Shown: positions 6,968-17,451, counted from the stretch's first letter. The stretch: DNA of 64,000 nucleotides from Patescibacteria group bacterium (GCA_041666145.1 JBAYHK010000003.1:6277-70276); one strand, 5' to 3'. Program-made: numbers and translations. Notes: a model not told the origin generated them from the sequence alone.

Positions 6968-8074
6968 ATGCGAAATTTTTTTTATCGTCTTGCAATAGTG
7001 AGCCTTTTCTTGTTTCCCTGTATTGCCCATGCATCAAATGTCGATCTTTCTTTGGAGGGGAATGCAATCTCATTTTCGGAATCCGCGTTATATGCTGGTG
7101 AGAAGATTCGTATTTATGCTCGTGTAAGAAATGTTGGTGATACTGACGCCGTAGCATCGGTGATGTTTTATCAAGGAGGCATGATTATTGGTCAGTCGCA
7201 GGCAGTTTCTTTACGGGCAAATGGAAATCCAGACGATGTATATGTTGATTTTACGGTGCCAAATGGAACATTCAATATTCGTGCAGTCCTTCAAGGATCG
7301 TTACCGCAAGACATGAATCCTGTGAATGATGCGACTCAGACTGCGCTTTTCTATCCGATCGTTGATGCGGATCGTGACGGCAGCATGGATGAAGAAGATA
7401 ACTGCGTGAATGATGCAAACGCTGATCAGCTCGATACTGATCATGATGATATCGGGGACGTGTGTGACGAAGATGACGACGGAGACGGTGTTTCTGATTC
7501 GAGTGATCAGTATCCTCTTGATTCATCAAAATCTGCAGATCCTATTGTTGCGACTATTGTAGCTCCAGCAGCATCAATGCCGAGTACAGAAGATGTGGCC
7601 TCTTCTGTTGATACGGAATTCGTAGCAACAGATTCACAGACAGTTTTACCGATTGAGGGGATAGAAGAGGAGATTGAAATATCTTCCACATCTGCAGTGT
7701 CGTTACTTACGACGTCGCCTCTTGCGCGATTTTCTTGGAAACGAATTGATTGGAGGACGTATGAGTTTATTCTTGCGCAACAGCCGGAGGAAAGTGTGCA
7801 ATTCAGTTGGGACTTTGGTGACGGGGCAACGAGTGTACAGCCGCAAATAACTCATGCGTTTTCCGGTCCTGGATCTTATGCCGTAACACTTACAATTCTC
7901 GATGAGACGGGAAAGGTTCTTTCTGATGCACAAACATTTGACGTTACATTCTTTCATCTTGGTAACCCGCAAGTTATTGGATTGATCGTTCTATTATTCA
8001 TTATTTTGTTCCTTTTTGGATTTGCTTTCATGAAACTTCGATCGCTTTATGATAAAAAAACTCTTTACAAGTAA
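6968..8074 (+). CDS. Surface protein with CARDB-like, thrombospondin type 3 (Ca-binding) repeats, PKD domain and C-terminal TM anchor
   Basis: Signal peptide, VRNVG Ig-like domain, DxDxDG/DNC/GDVCD repeats, FSWDFGDG...THAFSGPGSYAVTL, C-terminal TM. Confidence 0.85.
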   Translation: MRNFFYRLAIVSLFLFPCIAHASNVDLSLEGNAISFSESALYAGEKIRIYARVRNVGDTDAVASVMFYQGGMIIGQSQAVSLRANGNPDDVYVDFTVPNGTFNIRAVLQGSLPQDMNPVNDATQTALFYPIVDADRDGSMDEEDNCVNDANADQLDTDHDDIGDVCDEDDDGDGVSDSSDQYPLDSSKSADPIVATIVAPAASMPSTEDVASSVDTEFVATDSQTVLPIEGIEEEIEISSTSAVSLLTTSPLARFSWKRIDWRTYEFILAQQPEESVQFSWDFGDGATSVQPQITHAFSGPGSYAVTLTILDETGKVLSDAQTFDVTFFHLGNPQVIGLIVLLFIILFLFGFAFMKLRSLYDKKTLYK

Positions 8075-9656
8075 AACAAGCGGTGTAACGAGCGCGGCTA
8101 TCATCATTGGAGGTTTTTCGATGTTGTCACGTTTTGTTGGCGTATGGCGAGATAATATTCTTTCGAGCATGTTTGGTGCTGGAGATGTTCTTGATGCCTA
8201 TACCAGCGCGTTTCTTATTCCAGACATGTTGTTACAACTGTTGATTCTTGGTGCGCTTTCTGCAAGCTTCATTCCAATATTTTCAAAGTATTACGGAAAG
8301 AATGACGATCAGGCTTGGAAATATACGAGCACGATGCTGAATGTTTTTGGTTTGGGATTTGCAGGTATTGCAATCCTGGCCATTATTTTTGCTCCTTGGA
8401 TGACGACGTTGGTTGCTCCTGGATATGGCGCAGAAAAGCTTGCAGTAACGGTGTCGATGAGTCGGGTAATTTTTCTTGGTGAACTATTTTTTGCAGCATC
8501 GATGGTTTTTGGATCTGTGCTTCAGGGGACGAAGCGATTTTTTCTTTATGCGCTTGCGCCGATCGTTAATAATATCGGGATTATTCTTGGCGCAATATTT
8601 TTTGTTCCATTTTTGGGGCCGATTGGTCTTGCATGGGGAGCGGTTCTTGGGGCAACAATGCATGCAGCTTTGCAGGGGGCTGGTGTTTATGCACTTGGAT
8701 ACCGACACACCTTTCGTATTCCGTGGAATGATCCTGATTTGAAGACGACGAGTATTCAAATGATTCCTCGTGTTCTTGGTCTTGCAGTGAATCAGGTGAA
8801 TTTTGTCGCGATGAGTGCAATTGCTTCATTGTCAGTTTCTGGATCTGCAACGGTGCTTAGGTTTGCATATAACCTAAATTCTTTTCCAATCGGAATTATT
8901 GCAATGGCATATGCGGTAGCTTCTTTTCCTGTGCTCTGTGAGCGTCGAGTCGCAAAGGACATGAAAGGATTTGTTACGGCATTTAGTCATGCAATTCGTC
9001 AGGTGCTTCTTTGGATTGTTCCTGCAACAGTCATGTTCCTTTTACTTCGGGCTCAGCTTGTTCGGTTGGCTTTTGGCCGAGGAAAGTTTGATTGGGCTGC
9101 AACAATTATGACCGCAGATACATTGGCATTTTTTGCATTAAGTTTTGCTGCGCAATCATTTGTTTATATTATCGTTCGAGCTTTTTTTGCTATTGAAGAT
9201 ACGAAGACGCCATTCTTTGCTGGTGCATTTGCTGCGGTTGTGAATATTGCTCTTGGGTATACCTTAGCACCGATGTATGGAGTAGCTGGGCTTGGCATGG
9301 CGTTTTCTTTTTCCGCAATTCTTCAGGTGGCAATTCTCTGGGCGGTATTGCGACATCGTATTGGCGCGCTTGATGAGGGAAGGATTTTAAGAACCGCTGC
9401 ACTGCTTACTGTTGCTGGATCTCTTGCTGGTCTTGCAACACAAGGAATGAAATTTGTTGTTGTTCGATATATTTCCCTTGATACATTCGTTGGTGTTTTT
9501 GTGCAGACTTTGGTGGCTGGTGGCATAGGGATGCTTGTGTATTTCGGCGTTGGTTTTCTTTTACAAAATGAAGAGGTTCGATCATTTACCTCAGCCTTAC
9601 ATCGAAGAGTTTTGCAGCAGGTAAAGCCACAAGAGGTAGTGAGTCAAGACATATGA
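8049..9656 (+). CDS. murJ: Lipid II flippase MurJ (MviN)
   Basis: SRFVGVWRD, DAYTSAFLIPD, GALSASFIPIF, RAFFAIEDTKTP; about 14 TM. Confidence 0.95.
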   Translation: MIKKLFTSKTSGVTSAAIIIGGFSMLSRFVGVWRDNILSSMFGAGDVLDAYTSAFLIPDMLLQLLILGALSASFIPIFSKYYGKNDDQAWKYTSTMLNVFGLGFAGIAILAIIFAPWMTTLVAPGYGAEKLAVTVSMSRVIFLGELFFAASMVFGSVLQGTKRFFLYALAPIVNNIGIILGAIFFVPFLGPIGLAWGAVLGATMHAALQGAGVYALGYRHTFRIPWNDPDLKTTSIQMIPRVLGLAVNQVNFVAMSAIASLSVSGSATVLRFAYNLNSFPIGIIAMAYAVASFPVLCERRVAKDMKGFVTAFSHAIRQVLLWIVPATVMFLLLRAQLVRLAFGRGKFDWAATIMTADTLAFFALSFAAQSFVYIIVRAFFAIEDTKTPFFAGAFAAVVNIALGYTLAPMYGVAGLGMAFSFSAILQVAILWAVLRHRIGALDEGRILRTAALLTVAGSLAGLATQGMKFVVVRYISLDTFVGVFVQTLVAGGIGMLVYFGVGFLLQNEEVRSFTSALHRRVLQQVKPQEVVSQDI

Positions 9657-10306
9657 AACGGAAGTTGATTGTTCGAATGGTGCTTATTGTTTGTGCGATT
9701 GGTGTTGGGATTATTTTTATATCTGTTGCAGTGGTACGGAATGCGGCACGTTTCATTGTTTCTGAAGATGAGGTAGCGCACGCTCCAATCGCGATAGTTC
9801 TTGGAGCAGGAGTGAAGGAAAGTGGAGACCCGTCGGACATGCTTCGAGATCGACTCTTGACTGCGGTTGATCTTTATCACCGGGGCGTAGTAGACAAGCT
9901 TTTGCTTTCTGGTGACAACGGACAGATTGAATATGATGAAGTGAATGCGATGCGTATATTTGTTTTAGCGCAAAACGTTCCGGCTGAAGATATTTTTTTA
10001 GATCATGCTGGATTTGATACGTATGACAGTATGGTTCGAGCTCGAGAAGTTTTCGGAATATCGTCAGCGATTATTGTGACGCAAAAATATCATCTGGCTC
10101 GTGCGCTTTTTTTGGGACGTACGGAAGGCATTGATGCGTATGGAGTTATCGCAGATCGCCAAAGGTATCTTGGCGCGATTCGATATCAGTTTCGAGAAAT
10201 ATTCGCAGATGTAAAAGCGGTTTTAAGTGTTGTTTTCAATGTGTCACCAACATATCTCGGGGTTCCGATTGATAGTACGGGCGACGGTCGAGCGACATGG
10301 GATTAG
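9653..10306 (+). CDS. SanA/ElyC/YdcF (DUF218) family protein
   Basis: AIVLGAG, PSDMLRDRL, LLSGDN, DHAGFDTYDS, VTQKYHLARA. Confidence 0.9.
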   Translation: MKRKLIVRMVLIVCAIGVGIIFISVAVVRNAARFIVSEDEVAHAPIAIVLGAGVKESGDPSDMLRDRLLTAVDLYHRGVVDKLLLSGDNGQIEYDEVNAMRIFVLAQNVPAEDIFLDHAGFDTYDSMVRAREVFGISSAIIVTQKYHLARALFLGRTEGIDAYGVIADRQRYLGAIRYQFREIFADVKAVLSVVFNVSPTYLGVPIDSTGDGRATWD

Positions 10307-10331
10307 ATGGTGATTCTTCCGTAGAGTTTTC

Positions 10332-10360
10332 TTGACTGTTTTTTGCGAAGCGCCTAAGGT
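10332..10360 (+). promoter_or_regulatory. Sigma70-type promoter for the exporter operon
   Basis: TTGACT-17 nt-TAAGGT. Confidence 0.55.
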
Positions 10361-10387
10361 CATGCCTCAGTGTTTTTCTTTTTTCCT

Positions 10388-12226
10388 ATGAAATTAACGA
10401 GATTTCGCATCGGTCTTTTGGCCGTAACTGTTGCCCTTATTCTTGGAGGAATATGGTTTTTTACCCGTCCAGTAACAGCGCAAACATTTGTAACGGATAC
10501 GGTGAAGCGCGGGTTATTGATTCAGACTGTTGAAGTAACAGGGGAATTAAAGAGTGTTTCGGATCTTTCGTTGTCTTTTGAGACATCTGGAACGTTGACT
10601 TCCATATTCACAAATATTGGAGATGTGGTGAAGGCTGGCGATGTGCTCGCAGAGTTGAATACGAGTGAACTTGGCGCAGCTGCGGAACAGGCACGTCAAG
10701 GTGTTGTTGCAGCACAAGCGGATTTAGATTTGAAACTTGAGGGGATTTCTTCAGAAGAGGAAGCATCAGAGCGGGCGAGTCTTGCACTGGCTCAAGCTCA
10801 GTTTGACGCAGCATCAATCGATCTTCGCTCGGCTGTTATCGCAGAAACTGCTGGCAATGCTCAAGATGCTGCAACAGTGGCTTCATCACAGTCAGATTAC
10901 GATCAGGTTGCGGCACAGAATGACGAAACAATTTCGCAGGCAGCTGAAGATCTTGATACAGCACTGATTGCTGGTCTTATTACTGTTCGATCTGGACTTG
11001 AAGCCGCGGATCAGATTCTTGGAGTGGAAAATGGATTGTTGAACATTGAATACGAGCCGTATGTTGGAATTCTTGATATTACAACCATCTCCAATGCTCA
11101 TGATGCTTTTGAGGAAGCAATGGCTGCACGAGATAGTGCCGAAGACGCGGTATTAGCTCTTACAACATCATCGACAGAAGCGGAGGTTCTTGTTGCATAT
11201 TCTCGAGTGTATACAGCGCTGTCTTTTGTATCGAATACGCTTCTTTATACAAGTCGTGTTCTTGATGCGAGTGTTAGTGATAGCGGAACATTCTCAAATG
11301 CAGATTTAGTTGCACTACGTTCAACAATCGCTGCAGAACGATCAACGGTTTCTTCTGCAATTTCCTCTCTTATTTCTTCGAAGCAGCTTTATGACACTGC
11401 GCTACGACAGTCGACAGATCGTATAACAGACGCAACGAATGCGTTGGCACTTGCACAGGCACAACAAGATGCAGGAGAGGCGTCACGATCTTCCGCAGTC
11501 TTAAAGGCAGAAGCTTCTCTTGCAGTGCAGACAGCAAGTCTTTCAAAGGCACAGGCGTTGTTGAACAAGGTTCTTGCCGATCCTCGCGATATTGATGTTG
11601 CAGGATTGAAAGCATCTATTGCTCGTGCACAGGCAGATTATGATGCGGCACTCGCTCGTTTACGAAAGGCACAGATTATTGCGCCGATCGATGGAATTGT
11701 TACAAACATTGTTTTTGATGTTGGAGAACAGGTTAGCGTTGGTACGCAGATGATTACAGAGATTGCTGGCAATGATACTTATGAAATTACGCTCGATGTT
11801 CCAGAAGCAGATATTTCGAAATTGGCCGTTGGACAGACTGCTGATATCACCTTCGATGCCTTTGGCGACCGAGTGAATTTTTCCGGGAGCGTATATTCAT
11901 TAAATCCGGGAGAAAAGGTTATTTCAGATATTGTTTTTTATGAAGCAAAAGTATTGTTAAATACAGAACAGGATGTTTCGATGTTGAAGCCAGGAATGTC
12001 CGCAAACGTCATAATCCGTACGAATCAAAGGGAAGACGTGCTTTATGTTCCAACTCGAACAATTCTTGAACGAAATGGCCTTCCTTATATTCGTGTACCA
12101 AAGAACAGTCAAGAATTTGATGAAGTGGCAGTTACCATGGGTCTGAAGGCGGATGACGGTATGACGGAAGTTCTTACCGGAGTTACGGAAGGTCAGACTG
12201 TTATTGTTACGGTTAAGACACAATAA
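10388..12226 (+). CDS. Efflux membrane-fusion (adaptor) protein, MacA/YknX-like, with long coiled coil
   Basis: N-terminal TM, lipoyl half-motifs GDVVKAGDVLAEL and IIAPIDGIV, VPEADISKLAVGQ, LKPGMSA; alternative GTG start at 10370. Confidence 0.9.
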   Translation: MKLTRFRIGLLAVTVALILGGIWFFTRPVTAQTFVTDTVKRGLLIQTVEVTGELKSVSDLSLSFETSGTLTSIFTNIGDVVKAGDVLAELNTSELGAAAEQARQGVVAAQADLDLKLEGISSEEEASERASLALAQAQFDAASIDLRSAVIAETAGNAQDAATVASSQSDYDQVAAQNDETISQAAEDLDTALIAGLITVRSGLEAADQILGVENGLLNIEYEPYVGILDITTISNAHDAFEEAMAARDSAEDAVLALTTSSTEAEVLVAYSRVYTALSFVSNTLLYTSRVLDASVSDSGTFSNADLVALRSTIAAERSTVSSAISSLISSKQLYDTALRQSTDRITDATNALALAQAQQDAGEASRSSAVLKAEASLAVQTASLSKAQALLNKVLADPRDIDVAGLKASIARAQADYDAALARLRKAQIIAPIDGIVTNIVFDVGEQVSVGTQMITEIAGNDTYEITLDVPEADISKLAVGQTADITFDAFGDRVNFSGSVYSLNPGEKVISDIVFYEAKVLLNTEQDVSMLKPGMSANVIIRTNQREDVLYVPTRTILERNGLPYIRVPKNSQEFDEVAVTMGLKADDGMTEVLTGVTEGQTVIVTVKTQ

Positions 12227-12228
12227 GT

Positions 12229-12903
12229 ATGTCTGCTGATGTTGTGATTGAGATGCGAGGAATTGCAAAGACGTATCACAATGATGATATTGAAACTCCA
12301 GTGTTGCGTGGTGTTGATTTAGATGTGATGAGCGGAGAGTTTGTTGCGCTTATGGGACCGTCCGGTTCTGGGAAGTCAACACTTATGCATATCATGGGTT
12401 TTCTGGATCAACCAGAAGAAGGGACGTACAAATTTCAGGGTCGAGATGTTAGTCGACTTTCTTCTAATGAGCTTGCCATGATGCGACGTGGTGAAGTGGG
12501 ATTTGTATTTCAAGCGTTTCACTTGTTGCCTCGTTTGTCGGTAATTGAGAACATTATGCTTCCGTTGGTGTATATGGGCGTGCCAGCAAAGGAGCGAAAA
12601 GAGCGTGCAGAAAAAGCGCTTGAAGGCGTTGGGCTTTCTGAGCGACTTGATTATCTTCCGAATCAACTTTCTGGAGGACAGAAGCAACGTGTGGCAATCG
12701 CGCGATCATTGATTACAGATCCTGCGGTGATTTTTGCAGATGAACCAACGGGAAATTTAGATTCAAAGTCGAGTGATCAGGTGCTGAATATTCTTCGAGA
12801 TTTGAATAAAGCTGGTCGAACGATTGTTATGGTAACGCATGAAGTTGACGCTGCTGCATATGCGTCAAGAATTATCCGAATGAAGGATGGCGTTGTAGCC
12901 TAG
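12229..12903 (+). CDS. ABC transporter ATP-binding protein (MacB/LolD-like)
   Basis: [35 protein letters not shown]. Confidence 0.96.
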   Translation: MSADVVIEMRGIAKTYHNDDIETPVLRGVDLDVMSGEFVALMGPSGSGKSTLMHIMGFLDQPEEGTYKFQGRDVSRLSSNELAMMRRGEVGFVFQAFHLLPRLSVIENIMLPLVYMGVPAKERKERAEKALEGVGLSERLDYLPNQLSGGQKQRVAIARSLITDPAVIFADEPTGNLDSKSSDQVLNILRDLNKAGRTIVMVTHEVDAAAYASRIIRMKDGVVA

Positions 12904-12906
12904 TGT

Positions 12907-14139
12907 ATGAAATTACAGGACCTTATTACTGCATCTGTTGATTCTATTCGTCGAAATACCACTCGGTCATTATTGACGGTGCTTGGGATTGTTATTGGTA
13001 TTGCCGCAGTCATTCTTATGCTTTCCATAGGACAGGGGGCGCAAGGATATGTTTTGAATCAAGTTGCAGGTCTTGGGAGCGATCAGATTTTTATTTCTGC
13101 AGGATCTTCAGATAAAGCAGAAGGTCCACCAAGTGCATTCATAGAACAGACTTTGACTTTGGATGATGTAAAGATTCTTCGTCGACGTGGTGATTTTGAC
13201 TTTGTTTCTGCAACGTTGATTACGAACGCATCGGTAACAACTGGCGACCAAAGCCAGTTTATCGATATTGCTGGTGTTGACGAGGACCAGCTTTCGATTT
13301 TTCCAGCAACGGTTACGTCTGGAAGATATGTAACAAATGACGATGTTGATTCATATGCAAATGTTGCAGTGCTTGGGTCGCAAACCGCGCAAGACTTATT
13401 CGGTGACCAAGATCCAGTAGGGGAGCGAATTACGGTGAAGAATGTAAGTCTTCGAATTATTGGTGTGCTTGCGCCGCAAGGGAGTCGATTTTTTTCAAAT
13501 TTAGATACGAGAGTGTATGCGCCGATTACTATGGTGCAGCGTCAGATTGCCGGAGTCGATTATGTAAATTTTATTACGGTAAAAGTTGCAGGAGATCTTG
13601 AAACTGCAAAAGAAGATATTCGATTTATTATGCGAGATGCTCATCGGTTGGACAATCCATCTGGTGATTTGGCAAAGGATGATTTCAATTTGTCGACCCA
13701 GGGAGACGCTGTTGCGACAATTAGTACTGTTGGCTTTGCGCTCACGCTTCTTCTTGCGGCTATAGCAGCGATTTCGTTGGTTGTTGGAGGAATAGGTATC
13801 ATGAATATCATGCTTGTTTCTGTAACAGAACGAACGCGAGAGATTGGATTGCGGAAAGCGATAGGTGCAACAGAAAAAGATATTTTGAATCAGTTTTTGG
13901 CCGAGGCGATCATGTTGACAATCGGTGGCGGTATTCTCGGCGTTGTTATTGGAGTAGGTAGTTCGCTGATTATTGGAGAGATTCTTACAAGGGTTGTAGA
14001 CGGTTGGGCGGTTGTCATTCCACCATCTGCGGTATTTCTTGCGTTTGCAGTTTCGTCTATTGTCGGATTAGTGTTTGGAATCTATCCTGCAAGGCGTGCA
14101 GCGAAGCTCGATCCTATCGAAGCCTTGCGGTACGAATAG
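12907..14139 (+). CDS. ABC transporter permease (MacB/FtsX family)
   Basis: RSLLTVLGIVIGIAAV, GGIGIMNIMLVSVTERTREIGLRKAIGA, PARRAAKLDPIEALRYE. Confidence 0.96.
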   Translation: MKLQDLITASVDSIRRNTTRSLLTVLGIVIGIAAVILMLSIGQGAQGYVLNQVAGLGSDQIFISAGSSDKAEGPPSAFIEQTLTLDDVKILRRRGDFDFVSATLITNASVTTGDQSQFIDIAGVDEDQLSIFPATVTSGRYVTNDDVDSYANVAVLGSQTAQDLFGDQDPVGERITVKNVSLRIIGVLAPQGSRFFSNLDTRVYAPITMVQRQIAGVDYVNFITVKVAGDLETAKEDIRFIMRDAHRLDNPSGDLAKDDFNLSTQGDAVATISTVGFALTLLLAAIAAISLVVGGIGIMNIMLVSVTERTREIGLRKAIGATEKDILNQFLAEAIMLTIGGGILGVVIGVGSSLIIGEILTRVVDGWAVVIPPSAVFLAFAVSSIVGLVFGIYPARRAAKLDPIEALRYE

Positions 14140-14171
14140 AGACCTTGGTTGATTTTCATTTTTCTTTTTCT

Positions 14172-16052
14172 ATGTTGTCTACAAACGAAATTCGACAAAA
14201 GTATTTTGATTTTTTTTCGAGACATGGGCATATAGTCGTTCCTTCATCTTCGCTCGTACCAGTGAATGATCCAACGACATTGTTTACCGGATCTGGAATG
14301 CAACCGATGATCTCATATTTGCTTGGAGCAACGCATCCTGTAGGAACGCGCATTGTAGATAGTCAAAAGTGTTTTAGAACTGGAGATATTGAAGAGGTCG
14401 GTGACAATCGTCACACAACATTTTTTGAAATGTTAGGAAATTGGAGTCTTGGAGACTATTTTAAGAAAGAGCAGATACCGTGGATGTATGAGTTTTTAAC
14501 AAAAGAGATTGGGCTTGACCCAAAGAATTTGTATGTGACTGTTTTTCGGGGGAGTCCAGAGATTGGGGTTGAGAGAGATGATGAGGCAATTGCGCTTTGG
14601 ACAAAATGTTTTGCAGAGGCGGGAATCGACGCGACGCTTGTAGAGAATTCGGAAGAAGTTGGAATGCAAGATGGTCGCATTTTTTCGTATCCAGAAAAGA
14701 AGAATTGGTGGAGTCGTGCTGGCATACCTTCGAATATGCCAGTTGGAGAACCTGGTGGACCAGATACGGAGATGTTTTACGATTTTGGTATTGAACAAGG
14801 GTTGCATAAAGCGTCGATTTGGAAAGACCTTCCTTGTCATGTGAATTGTGATTGTGGCCGGTTTGTGGAGATTGGAAATAATGTATTTATGCAGTATGTG
14901 AAAACTGCAGATGGATTTGCGGAATTGCCACAAAGGAACGTTGATTTTGGGGGAGGCTTGGAACGGATTGCTTCTGCAGTAAATAACAATCCAGACATGT
15001 TCCTTATTGATGCATTTACTCCGGCTCGATTAGCGTTGGAGTCTGCAACGGGGGTTCGCTATGGATCGTCAGCTGAGATGACGTTTGCTTTTAGAGTTAT
15101 TCTTGACCATATTCGTGCTGCAACATTTCTTATTGGCGATGGTGTGCTACCGGGAAATAAAGATCAAGGATATTTCGTGCGCAGATTGATTCGTCGTGCT
15201 GTGCGGTTTGCGAGAAAGCTAGGTGTTGCAAATGCGCTTGTTCGAACTGTCGCAGAAACCTACATTGATATGTATTCAAGTGCATATTCAAATCTTGCAG
15301 AGAAGCGAGATCAGATTTTGGGCGCAATAGAAGGTGAAGAGGCGAAATTCGCGAAGACGATCGAGCAAGGACTTCGAGAGTTGAAAAAGATTGTAGATAT
15401 TGGAAACGGTGTTACGGGAACAGATGCGTTTAATCTTTATCAGTCGTATGGATTCCCTTTGGAATTGACCGCTGAAGAATTGCAGCAGTCGCATGGGATT
15501 ATTATAGATAGTGAACAGTTTCGTTTAGAGTTTAAAAAGCATCAGGATTTGTCGCGTGCTGGGAGCGAGCAGAAGTTTGCTGGAGGGCTCGCGGACCATT
15601 CTGTTGAAACAACAAAGCTTCATACGGCAACACATCTTCTTCATGCCGCACTTCGAAAAGTACTTGGTGATCATGTTGCCCAAAAGGGAAGCAATATAAC
15701 TGCAGAACGATTGCGCTTTGATTTTTGTCATGGGGAAAAGATGACAGCAGAGCAGATTGAAGAAGTGGAACGAATTGTGAATGAACAGATTAGGAAAGAT
15801 CTTCCAGTTACATTTGACATGTTGACTGTTGATGAGGCAAAGGTGCGTGGATCGATAGGATTGTTTGAAGATAAGTATGCGAAGATTGGCGATAAGATCA
15901 AGATGTATTCTGTTGGTGATTTTAGTAAGGAGATTTGTGGGGGTCCGCATGTTGAGCACACAGGGGAGTTGGGCGCAATCACGATTGTTAAGGAGGAGGC
16001 AGTTTCCGCAGGAGTTCGTAGAATAAAGGCGATTTTGAGAAATAGAGAATAG
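14172..16052 (+). CDS. alaS: Alanine--tRNA ligase, short form without C-Ala domain
   Basis: DPTTLFTGSGMQP, HTTFFEMLGNWS, VDFGGGLER, editing motifs HTATH and CGGPH; ATG at 14172. Confidence 0.96.
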   Translation: MLSTNEIRQKYFDFFSRHGHIVVPSSSLVPVNDPTTLFTGSGMQPMISYLLGATHPVGTRIVDSQKCFRTGDIEEVGDNRHTTFFEMLGNWSLGDYFKKEQIPWMYEFLTKEIGLDPKNLYVTVFRGSPEIGVERDDEAIALWTKCFAEAGIDATLVENSEEVGMQDGRIFSYPEKKNWWSRAGIPSNMPVGEPGGPDTEMFYDFGIEQGLHKASIWKDLPCHVNCDCGRFVEIGNNVFMQYVKTADGFAELPQRNVDFGGGLERIASAVNNNPDMFLIDAFTPARLALESATGVRYGSSAEMTFAFRVILDHIRAATFLIGDGVLPGNKDQGYFVRRLIRRAVRFARKLGVANALVRTVAETYIDMYSSAYSNLAEKRDQILGAIEGEEAKFAKTIEQGLRELKKIVDIGNGVTGTDAFNLYQSYGFPLELTAEELQQSHGIIIDSEQFRLEFKKHQDLSRAGSEQKFAGGLADHSVETTKLHTATHLLHAALRKVLGDHVAQKGSNITAERLRFDFCHGEKMTAEQIEEVERIVNEQIRKDLPVTFDMLTVDEAKVRGSIGLFEDKYAKIGDKIKMYSVGDFSKEICGGPHVEHTGELGAITIVKEEAVSAGVRRIKAILRNRE

Positions 16053-16061
16053 AAAACAATC

Positions 16062-16100
16062 GGCCGACCGTCTGAGGAAGACGGTCGGCCAGTTCGTTTT
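16062..16100. terminator. Intrinsic terminator hairpin after alaS, probably bidirectional
   Basis: ggccgaccgtct-gagga-agacggtcggcc with flanking A/T runs. Confidence 0.8.
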
Positions 16101-16178
16101 TGGAAAGCTAGCACGTTGCTAGCGATTTCCCGTGCTTCTGGATTCCTCTGTTCGTGGCGCTTTGCTCGACACGGCTTT

Positions 16179-16409
16179 CTAACGGGGGACGTTGCTGTCT
16201 GTTCTGCACATTGCCGTAACTCGGCCTCCGCAGATCACAGTTTTGAATTCAGGAATGTCGTCCCCAAGAGGGAGCCAGCGAGAACGGTGTTTGCGGCGAG
16301 GAGCCGCGGGTCGGGAAGCGGGGGTACTGCTGTTGCGATCCTGGGAGGATTCGCCAGATTCTCGCACGAGGAATCGTGCGCCCGCTTGTCGGGAGGCTTT
16401 GCGTGACAT
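16179..16409 (-). CDS. Small basic orphan protein (76 aa), hypothetical
   Basis: ATG at 16409, upstream GGAG, TTGCTT-17-TAATCT promoter at 16511-16483; GC-richer than flanks; no recognisable family. Confidence 0.4.
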   Translation of the reverse strand: MSRKASRQAGARFLVRESGESSQDRNSSTPASRPAAPRRKHRSRWLPLGDDIPEFKTVICGGRVTAMCRTDSNVPR

Positions 16410-16539
16410 TGATGGAGAACTCCAAATTGGAGTAACGGAATATACCGCCCTTCGTCTCGTCGTGATTCGACGAAACGTTGGGAGATTAGCATATTTAAGA
16501 CAAAAAAGCAATTTTGTATATTAATGTGGGGGTACTTTC

Positions 16540-16567
16540 TTGACAGGCATTGTGCATTTGTTACACT
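16540..16567 (+). promoter_or_regulatory. Promoter of the infA-rpmJ-alpha operon
   Basis: TTGACA-16 nt-TACACT with extended TG. Confidence 0.6.
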
Positions 16568-16633
16568 TTCGTCGCTTTACTCAGCGGTTCGTGCGCGTTT
16601 GCGCGAGCAGATGTGGTACGATCATCGCAAGTT

Positions 16634-16849
16634 ATGGCGGAAAAAGACTTTATTGAAATGCGCGGTGAGATTCTTGAAAGTCTGCCTTCGGGTAGCTTCC
16701 GAGTGAAACTCGAAAACGACCGCGAAGTCATTGGTCATTTGGCTGGGAAGTTGCGAAAAAATCGCATCCGTGTCCTGCCAGGCGATGACGTCAAAGTGGA
16801 GATCAGCCCGTATGATCTCACAAAGGCACGAATCACGTTCCGGTTTTAG
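16634..16849 (+). CDS. infA: Translation initiation factor IF-1
   Basis: [18 protein letters not shown]...[33 protein letters not shown]. Confidence 0.97.
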   Translation: MAEKDFIEMRGEILESLPSGSFRVKLENDREVIGHLAGKLRKNRIRVLPGDDVKVEISPYDLTKARITFRF

Positions 16850-16944
16850 ACCGGCGGTATCTCGAGCCTGGACCACAATCATCCCTTATTTATTTGGATG
16901 ATTTTGTCTTATTCCTTTCCGTTTGCTAATTCATCACTTTCTTT

Positions 16945-17058
16945 ATGAAAGTTCGCGCTTCCGTTAAAAAGATGTGCCGCGGTTGCCAGGTCATTCGTCG
17001 CGATGGTCGGGTACGCGTCATTTGTAAGACTCCTAAGCATAAACAGCGACAAGGCTAA
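16945..17058 (+). CDS. rpmJ: 50S ribosomal protein L36 (missing from the ORF track, 37 aa)
   Basis: Manual translation [37 protein letters not shown]. Confidence 0.97.
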   Translation: MKVRASVKKMCRGCQVIRRDGRVRVICKTPKHKQRQG

Positions 17059-17061
17059 TCT

Positions 17062-17448
17062 ATGGCACGTATTGCTGGTGTAACACTTCCATCACAGAAG
17101 CGCCTCGTCATCGCTCTGCAGTATATTTACGGCGTTGGTGAGAACCGCGCTGCAGATATTTTAGAACGTTCAAAGGTCAGCGGTGACATCCGCGTAAAAG
17201 ATCTTTCTCCAGACCAGGAGAATGCAGTGCGCGCTGTAGTAGAAAAAGAATATCGTGTCGAGGGTGAACTTCGTCGTGATGTGCTCTCAAATATTAAGCG
17301 CTTGAAAGACATTGTTGCATATCGGGGTGTCCGTCATGTGCGAGGGTTGCCAGTACGAGGGCAGCGAACAAAGTCTAATTCTCGCACAGTACGTGGGAAC
17401 GTTCGAAAGACTGCAGGTAGCGGTCGTCGAGTTCTTGCAAAGACCTAA
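17062..17448 (+). CDS. rpsM: 30S ribosomal protein S13
   Basis: [35 protein letters not shown]. Confidence 0.98.
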   Translation: MARIAGVTLPSQKRLVIALQYIYGVGENRAADILERSKVSGDIRVKDLSPDQENAVRAVVEKEYRVEGELRRDVLSNIKRLKDIVAYRGVRHVRGLPVRGQRTKSNSRTVRGNVRKTAGSGRRVLAKT

Positions 17449-17451
17449 GCT

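Noticed and set aside
7360-7530. Asp-rich repetitive DNA as a tandem repeat locus
   Set aside because: Explained by thrombospondin type 3 calcium-binding repeats within the surface protein
16850-16944. Hairpin (aatcatcc...ggatgatt) between infA and rpmJ as a ribosomal leader RNA
   Set aside because: A single weak stem with no recognisable family features; it cannot be supported without covariation analysis
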